From the NCBI GenBank assembly GCA_012295275.1, contig CM022673.1, forward strand, positions 9,796,001-9,860,000: DNA of 64,000 nt, given 5' to 3'. The DNA is from Chrysomallon squamiferum (Eukaryota > Animalia > Mollusca). Position numbers and translations under genes: made by a program. This document shows, piece by piece, positions 55,812 to 64,000 of this stretch. The notes beneath the pieces are model-generated. The model worked only from the letters and a program-made list of their open reading frames with translations. It was not told the origin of the DNA and did not search any database. Every line of letters begins with the position of its first letter. The stretch's first letter is position 1.

Positions 55812-58800
55812 TAAAAAAAATAATAATAATAATAAAAATAATAAAAACCGCCTAAAACAATAAATGTTTCTCGACACTAGTTTAGTCAGACAACTAAATG
55901 GTTAATTATTTTTTGCTGATAATGCTTTCACAAACGGAAACTGTCGCGTCCGGTGGGCAGAGAAGACAAATAAATGTTGTCAGCCATTTCCTTGGAATTA
56001 ATCCACTTCTATAGCCACAGTTTATTTCTGACAGCATTATATCTTCATCCGTTCGTCCGTACATTCATAATTATGTCTGAATATCTAGGCATCCAGTAGA
56101 ATATAGTCATCCATTTAGCCAACTGTATTCTTTTCTTCTTTTCTTCTTTCTTTTTCTTTGTTTGTTTCTTTCTTCACGTATATTTCGTGCTTATCATTTC
56201 TGATATTTTTCTTACCTTTTTATTCAGTTTTTTACAATTTATTTTTTCTTTCCATGTTTTTTTCCTTTTTCAGTTTTTTTTTTGGTCATATTTGAACATC
56301 TGCTTATTCATCTATCCATGGAGTTCATAGTTTTTCCCGCTCAAGCTAGACTGTGTTTCAGAGGCAGTCAAATTTCTTTTAATAACTTTAAATAATAATA
56401 ATGATAATCCATAAAATAATAATAATCATGAATTGATCAGTCTGATTATGTATGCGTTCAAATTAACAATAGGTTATTATTTAAATGCGTTTGGTCAAAA
56501 GAAATTCGCTTCTGGAATCTTAATTCTGGTAATTTATTTATTCGTTTTTCTGAACTGACAATAACGAATTGAAATTGTCTTTGAAAGGAGTCATTTGGGA
56601 ACTAAATCTGACCCAGACGTTTGACCCTTGAACAATTTTTGTTATGTCCATTTGTCGTCCAGCTCATAACTTATAAATAAACCCTAGTCGTTCGCGCTGT
56701 TGTTCGAATTAACTGTTATTTCGAATAAAAATTTAGCAGAAATTTTTAACAAGTGTTTACAGTTAATTCTTGTCAAGACTGATTGTTGTACAATGACGTA
56801 ATAATAAAATATCTCATTATTACTCATTTTCGGCAATAATGACGCAATTACATGAAATCTATTACTGATCCAAGGCTTATATAGATTTTTGTTTTTTAAT
56901 AAATTAATGTGGATTTAATCATTTGATGAAAAGATTTGTTCTATTTTGCTTGTTACTGTACATTTATATTGACACTGAAAGAATTGAACATAACAGATAG
57001 AGAATGCCTAATGTCTGGTACGTATTAACTAGATGAATAGATATACGTAAGATGCCGTGCTATTAACTGATAAAACAGTTTCGCTCGAGTTCTGTTAGAT
57101 AATTATTATTATTATAAAGAAAAATTTAAAAAATATAAGTAAAATTAAAAAAGATATAATAAAATTAAATGTTACTTTTTTTTTAAATCTAAAAATTAAG
57201 AAAAAAAAATAGCAAATAAATAAAAATAAAAGCAATAACGAAATAAGGTCAGATTCATAAACAAATATAATAAATAAAATAAAATAAAGCATTTGAAACA
57301 AATTAGTTTAAAAGAAGAAGCAAATTATTCATTTAGCTTGGCCTATCGCAGAAAGTACAGAAAGAGCACGGCTCGCTTGGTTTCGGTCATTTGTTTTGAC
57401 TGTCAGCTCGGCGCCTTGTCTGAAGCGTAACATCATAACGTCATCACTTACAGTACTTTAGTGTCAGGGCTTTCGTGATGTATTGCACTGGTTGGAAAAA
57501 AACGCGGGAAAAGTCCAAGAACTAAGCGTACGTGTAAAGGTTAAAGCGTATAGCGTGTCGTGTTTTTGTTTGTTTGTTTTTTGTTGTTATTGATTTTACT
57601 TCGTTATAATAAAATAACTTCATTTTAAATGTTATAGATCCGTCTGCTAAATGAATAACATATCTATGTTATAACAATATTCACGAACACAATTCAGTAA
57701 AAAAAAAAAAAAAAATAATAACTAACTAAAAAAAAAAAATAATAGAAAAACAACAAATTTATTAAATTATGGGAGCAAAAATTCATATAACACATATGTG
57801 AATAGATATATGTTGTTTAGTTTTAATGGCAAATCAGTCGTTTAAGAATGCCTGTTTTGAAAACAAAATTTGCTTTTTTCAAAATTAGTATAAAAGTATT
57901 AGAAGCAAAATTATATCTTAGTATGTGTTCAGATGCGATCCGAATACCAATGAATGCTAATGATAAATAAAGCATTGTATCGTCCAGCTTTTGATCTATA
58001 CACCACTGTGTCCTTTTTATATGTATGTTCACCTTTACTAATTTAAAATGTAACAGACAAATCATCCCAAAATCTGTGCTTTTAAATTCCACCATTTCTG
58101 CAGACGTTCGCGCGATTTAACATTCGTGCTGATTTCATTCTTTCCAACTTCCGAAACACCCTAGACTTTCTGAAGGTTACGATGACACCAAAAACACCCA
58201 CTAATTCCTTTAACGATCGAGGTGCCATCATGTTAAAAAAAAAAAATAAAAAAAAATAAAAATAAAAAATAACAACCTCAGCAGCAGCAGAAACGATATT
58301 AATACACCTATTATAGAGTCGCTGTTTTTTTATTGACGGCTAATCAGATATACTTATCCGCCCATGCAAAGCTTCCTTAAACAAATCTGTCTTCAAAAGG
58401 ATTTTCTGCAGAGAAACAAGCAAGCAAACAGCAGCTGGATATCTCAGTGTCCGCGGACTCCAAAGGACATGTCTTAATGCGCACAGTGAGGATTCTTAAT
58501 CTTTTTTTATATAACGTAAGTTTGACCATCTTACTCGTGGTCGCCTTCAGACGAAAAGAAGCAAGTTAATCACACAGACACACACTTTAAAAATAGTCCC
58601 GCCAAGTGTTTCATTTTGTCGTATTGAAACAATGGATTACACCGATGTATTTAAAATTGTTTCACCTTCCGAACCCGAGGACGAGAAGTAATAGATATAT
58701 GCTTTCATTCTTCTAGCTGAGGGTTGCTCTTTTTGCACTGGAAAGATATTTTGAGGAAGATTTAAATCCGATTATTAAAAACAACAATAAGCACACCAGT

Positions 58801-59108
58801 TTGTTTGGATACCATTGTTGTTGCTTTTGTTTGGATTTAATTACAAAAAAAAAAAAAAATTAATAACATTTTCAGTTTGAATCAACAGGCTGAAAAGTTG
58901 AACAAGAGACGATATGAATATTAAAATATATATATGGATATTAATAAGTCAGACTCAGAAAATGTTTGAGTAATTGTCAAGATAGACTCAAAGCTGGAGA
59001 AAAAATTAAGTGTGGTTAATATATTAAAAACGCAGCAAGAGTGCTTTTATTTTTTTTTTAATCGAAGAGAGGAAGGTCGAGGTCTATTTTTTGTTACTGA
59101 GAGACAAT

Positions 59109-59194
59109 ATGCAAGGGCCAGGCTCAGGCCTGCAAACAAATGATCCCCAGAAACGCGAGCTTGAACTTCAGTTTAACAAACCATTGCACAGAAG
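59109..59194 (+). CDS. Candidate alternative first coding exon C of the Hv gene (MQGPGSGLQTNDPQKRELELQFNKPLHR-)
   Basis: caatATG, 28 open codons, donor AAG|gtaatt in phase 2. The spliced product would read ...KPLHRRFRKRLS. Confidence 0.65.
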
Positions 59195-59417
59195 GTAATT
59201 GATTATTTATTTATTTATTTATTTATTCGTGTGTTTTTGATTTTGTAAATCTTTTAATCTGTTGATATGTTATTTTTGCGTATGCATATTTTTGAAAGTA
59301 TAAGTCATCAAGTATACTCAGTAATAATGATGATGATAATATTAATAATAACGATAATACGAATAATAATAAGAAGAAGAAATGCATAATAAATAATTAA
59401 AATCAGTTTTATTATAT

Positions 59418-59521
<104 letters not shown>

Positions 59522-62500
59522 AAAAACTAAAAGAAAAACATGTAGGAAGCAAATTTGAAACTACTTGCCGGGTTCATTCAATCTAAGAGTATTTGTGTTC
59601 TATTTTTAGAATCCTTTCAGCTTTAAATTTAATCAGATTGTCGTTGTTGTTTCCAAATATGTAATGTATTTTTCAAACGAATTCTGATTAAAACAAAATT
59701 CAAAAAAAAATTCAAAGGATTAATTAATAAAATATAATTGTTAAGTATTTAAAATCTAAACACAACGAATAAATTCAGATATGTTTTATTTTATTATTAG
59801 AAATATTGTAATATTATGCTTTGTTATGTTTTGTTTATTAATTTATATGTTTACTAACTTATTTAAGTACTTATTTATCTGTTTATTTGGTTCAAATGCA
59901 CTAAAACAATATTAATTCGTACTTAGAGCACTCTAAATTAGTACTTATGTACTTGGTAATGTTATTTTAGCATATGTCATTACACATGCTAACAAGTCTC
60001 AATTAAGAATACGTAAGCATTCAAAATATCTCCGTTTGTTAACCTCGAGTGGTTAAAAATAAAACCAAATTATCTTTTCTGATGATAAACACTACACCTG
60101 TATACAGTTATAGAAATGTAGTGATTAGTTATCTAAAGAAGAACCAAAAGCAACATTAAAACATAAAAATAAAACAAAAGACTTCAAAGAAACTTTAAAA
60201 CATAAAACAAAAGTTTAAACAAAACATAAGTAAAAGAAAAAAATAATAATAGGAAAACCCCAAAACGGAACAAAGTAAAATGAAAAGCCATTTCCCGTAA
60301 AATTTAACTTCTGAAGGCTTCATTGATAATGTATATGTGGAATTATAACATTATTATTATTATTATTATTAGCGTTGTTGTTATTATTCAGAGATGTTAT
60401 ACCATTATAAGCCTTAGACGGAAATAGATTTTGAATTCATAACAAATGAAAATTTTATGTAATTTTAAAATAGACACTCACTGAGCAAACTTTATGCAGT
60501 CATTATAAGTCCGACGACATTTTTAAATTAATTAATTAATTTATTTTCTTCTTTTATTTTTAATTTTCATTCCGGCTGCAGTTTCGTATTTTTTAATTTT
60601 TGTTTTAAACAATACTGCTTACCTGCTAATTTACAAATATAAGTTTTTCATTTTATGATTAAATAGGTGGGTTTTTTTTTTTTTTTTTTTTATTATTATT
60701 TTTTAAATGGCACCTTTCTAACTTAATAATCTACTGAAGTACTTGATTTTCAAACAAAACAAGTGCAATGGATGATTTCCTCCAAAAAAATCCGCGTGTC
60801 GGTTAATGCAGTTAAAATATTACAGTTTAAAAATAGTCAGCATTAAACGACCCATCACACAACACAAACTGTTCTTGACCTCGAGAAATTACTAAAAATA
60901 AAACCGAAAGACGCTTTTCCTAACTTCTCATTCGGATTTATTGCTGAGCGTTGTTCGGTTGTTGTTGTGTTTTTTTTTGTGTGTTTTCGGCAGCGCGCGA
61001 GATTACCGGGACTGAGACGAACAAACGGGTTGGCGTGTTTTACATATGTTTCTTTCACGTCGAAGACAAACGAGTAGCGACAACTTCTGCTCACAATGCG
61101 TCGTCTGCTGCTTCGACCGTGTAGCACTACATCATTCTGACAGGCGGGAAAATGTCGCTTGCTCCTCTGTGTTAAGTTAAATTGTCCTCTGTTATAATGA
61201 TACTTTCTAAAAAGTAATGTTTATTATTTCTTTATCGACGCAACTAGATAACACAGGTTAATCTTCTGTGATCGCTGAAATATTATTAATTAAAAGTACA
61301 TTAAAACCCTGTACATTTATCCATTACCAGAAAGTAATCCTTTTAATGCATTTTACCAAATCAATTCAGCATACATCAAATACTATTTGAGTGACTTTTA
61401 ATGTCTTATTCCAATAAATAGTTTGTTACATATTATAAACCATAATAATTGATAAAATTATTAATATATATATATATATAATATATGTCACCTGTGTTAT
61501 TAATTAATTAATTAATTTATTTATTTATTTAATGATTTTAGGTTAGTTTTTTGAAAGGGATTGTATATGTGAATGTATGTATATATCTTTGTATATATGC
61601 ATGCACGTACGTATTATGTACGTGTGTATTAAGGTATGCATGTATGTACATGAGTATGTCTGTATGAATATGCATGTTATGTATGAATGCTTGTAGGTAT
61701 ATGTATGTATGTACGTATGTATGTTTGTGTGCGCATATATATATGTGTGTATGTATGTATGTTTGTATGTATATATGTATATATATGTATATATATGTAT
61801 AATTGTATATGTATACGGGTAGGCAGATAGGTAGGTTCGCGTGTAAGGAGGTACCGCATGTATATCAGCACGTATAATATAATACAAGAAAATATAACAC
61901 AATAAGCACATTCCTTTCATGTTTCTGTTCATCATTTGCATATTGTACTTTAATATTTTTTACAAGTCCCGTTCGTGCATGGCTTAGCTTAAACCCTTGT
62001 ACTTTTTAAAATCTGCATTATTTTATTACAGCAGATGCAAGACACTCGTACCTGGCTGACATTAATTTTAATCTTATTTTCTTTTTATGCGTACTGTACC
62101 ATTTCGAGTCATATCTGCTGTACTGAACTTTGTCATTGTCTCATTTTTTTCATTCTCGTTAAAAAAAAAAAAAAAAAAAAAAAAAATGTCTTTGTTTCTG
62201 TCTTTCTTTTCTTGTCTTCTGTCGGCGTTTCTGTTTTTTTTTTTTCAATGTTGCTTTCTTCTGTACATAATTTTTCCTTGTTTTTTTTTTTTTTTTTGGT
62301 TAATTGTGAAATTTTTTAAATATTTCTTTTTTTCGTTCTTTTATTCTCTTTTTTTTGTTGTTGTTGTAATTCCACGTTTTGTTTTAATTTATTGATAGTC
62401 AAAATTATATTATCAGTTATCATAAGAAGATAAAAACAATATAAAAGAAAAGAAAAACAGAAGAAAGAATTTTTTTAAATGAAATCAAAGTTAATTATTT

Positions 62501-62550
62501 TTATATTCACTTTGTTTCTTTCTTTTCTTTTTCTTCTTCTTCTTCTTCTT

Positions 62551-62581
<31 letters not shown>

Positions 62582-63178
62582 TTTTCATATAGTTCAATAA
62601 CCGAGTGCACGAAACCTCGGCAATAATTAATTCATATTCCGCGTGCATTCTAAAAATAGAATGAGAGACCATGAATTGTGACTGATGACGCAATCAGACT
62701 TAATAAATTAAACAGGGAACGCACCACAATTGAAGGATAAACAATAGAACGAATCTTTTTTTTTTAGAAAATAATAGAATACGTGGGATATGCAGACAAC
62801 TTTTGATAACATTTCATATGATGTTACGAAGCAAATTTTGTCCATATTGTTAATGATCAAATAATGAGTAAACACATATCGATGAGTAATAATATTAGAA
62901 AACTATTTAAATGAATTTTGTGATTTGATTTGTTAAAGTTGGTGGACTTTCTGTCTCACAGCAAATCGCGTGTTCCAAATTTCAATAAGAAAAAAAAATT
63001 TTTTTTAATAACTTAAATTCCTTTCATTCTACTTTAGAACGTAAACTGAATTGTTTTTCGATACATTCGAATAGTGATTTATAACAAAAACAAAAAAAAA
63101 ATATATAAAAAAAAAAAATATAATATAATAATTATTCTCTAAAAATACCACAAAAAAAAAAAAATTAATAATCTCATA

Positions 63179-63252
63179 ATGACTGTCGTAAAGATAGCAA
63201 TCGCGCGAAAACAGAAATCAGACGATTCACAGCCGCCATCTTGTTTCTCCAG
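63179..63252 (+). CDS. Candidate intronic N-terminal extension read directly into the S1 exon (MTVVKIAIARKQKSDDSQPPSCFS-RFRKRL)
   Basis: cataATG at 63179 is in frame with the S1 exon and has no stop across the acceptor. The segment is CpG-rich and contains a YY1-like GCCGCCATCTT at 63232-63242. Confidence 0.45.
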
Positions 63253-63378
63253 ATTCCGGAAGCGGTTGTCCATTCTGCTGCACACCCACGTCGTGCTGAT
63301 TCCTCGTCAGCACCCTGGCGGCGCTGGACGCGTCTTGCGTCATCGGTCAGATCATCTGTGATATCCTCATCATGAAAG
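63253..63378 (+). CDS. HVCN1: Voltage-gated proton channel (Hv/HVCN1 family) exon encoding the S0 helix and S1 segment; carries an apparent +1 frameshift at 63300-63302
   Basis: Acceptor tcttgtttctccag|A and donor AAG|gtaagc. Removing one base of ATTCCTC gives (R)FRKRLSILLHTHVVLILVSTLAALDASCVIGQIICDILIMK. This aligns without gaps to human Hv1 [41 protein letters not shown] (recalled), 13/41 identical, with the H99, D112 and D123 equivalents conserved. Which Hv paralogue this is remains unresolved. Confidence 0.85.
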
Positions 63379-63692
63379 GTAAGCGTCTTTTCTATGTTAG
63401 ATATATATGTCTGTATCTGTATCTGTATATGTCTTTCTGTCCATCAAGCCATCTATTTATCTCTCTGCCCATTTCTCTGGCTTTTAATCTGTCATTCGAT
63501 TTATATTTTTGTTTATAAATCCGCCTGTTTGTCTGTCCTTCTTTTTGACTGTTTGTCTGTTTTTCACTATCAGTAAATAATATCGAAAGATTTATTCTGA
63601 ATTTTTATTATGCTACATTTCTGCCAAGTTGCTTTAGTACAGTGACAAAATTGTAAAATATATGTAAATCAATCAGTGAATAAAGACATAAG

Positions 63693-63743
<51 letters not shown>

Positions 63744-64000
63744 ACCCTATCCCAGCAACATATAGATCACTTTAAAAATTAATAAAACAATATAAATAAA
63801 CAAACACTCAAAAAAGCATCACCATAATATCATTTAAAAATAAGCCCTGCACCTCCTATCACCTGTTGAGGTATTCACACCTGGAATATACCTGCCTTGA
63901 GGTTTATTTCCAAAGTGAACAGCGGGCCAACAGTGACCTCCGCTGTCTAACTCTCTTGTTGGCGGCTTTATAGCAAGGCCTGTTGGTTATTGTGCATTTC

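Noticed and set aside
58632-58687. Additional Hv first exon MDYTDVFKIVSPSEPEDE-
   Set aside because: It is phase 2, but the donor AA|gtaata is weak and coincides with a stop. It could be a uORF of exon C, so it is not listed as a feature.

Overview
This is AT-rich, microsatellite-dense metazoan DNA, and nearly all of the supplied ORFs are translations of simple repeats. The TTAGGG telomere repeat and the repeat families suggest a mollusc, probably a gastropod (tentative). Three things stand out. (1) The right half holds the 5' end of a + strand voltage-gated proton channel (Hv/HVCN1-family) gene. Its S0-S1 exon at 63253-63378 aligns without gaps to human Hv1, including the selectivity-filter Asp, once one extra base is removed. 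Upstream lies a battery of candidate alternative ATG-bearing first exons (49558, 55292, 59109, plus weaker ones and an in-frame intronic start at 63179). The spliced candidates all end in a phase-2 donor compatible with the S1 acceptor, which suggests a promoter-choice cassette of N-termini. (2) A 3.2-kb (CCCTAA)n array at about 19905-23110 appears to sit inside one decayed Tc1/mariner element, with a transposase remnant on its left and degenerate inverted termini on both sides. (3) Short CpG-richer islands packed with TGACA/TGTCA words recur every ~1-2 kb between the simple-repeat tracts. Also present: a candidate minus-strand first exon at 15130-15033, three copies of a tRNA-Arg-derived SINE, an RTE-derived element, and 74-, 26-, ~37- and 45-bp tandem repeats. 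Everything was read by eye; no searches were run, and family resemblances are from memory.
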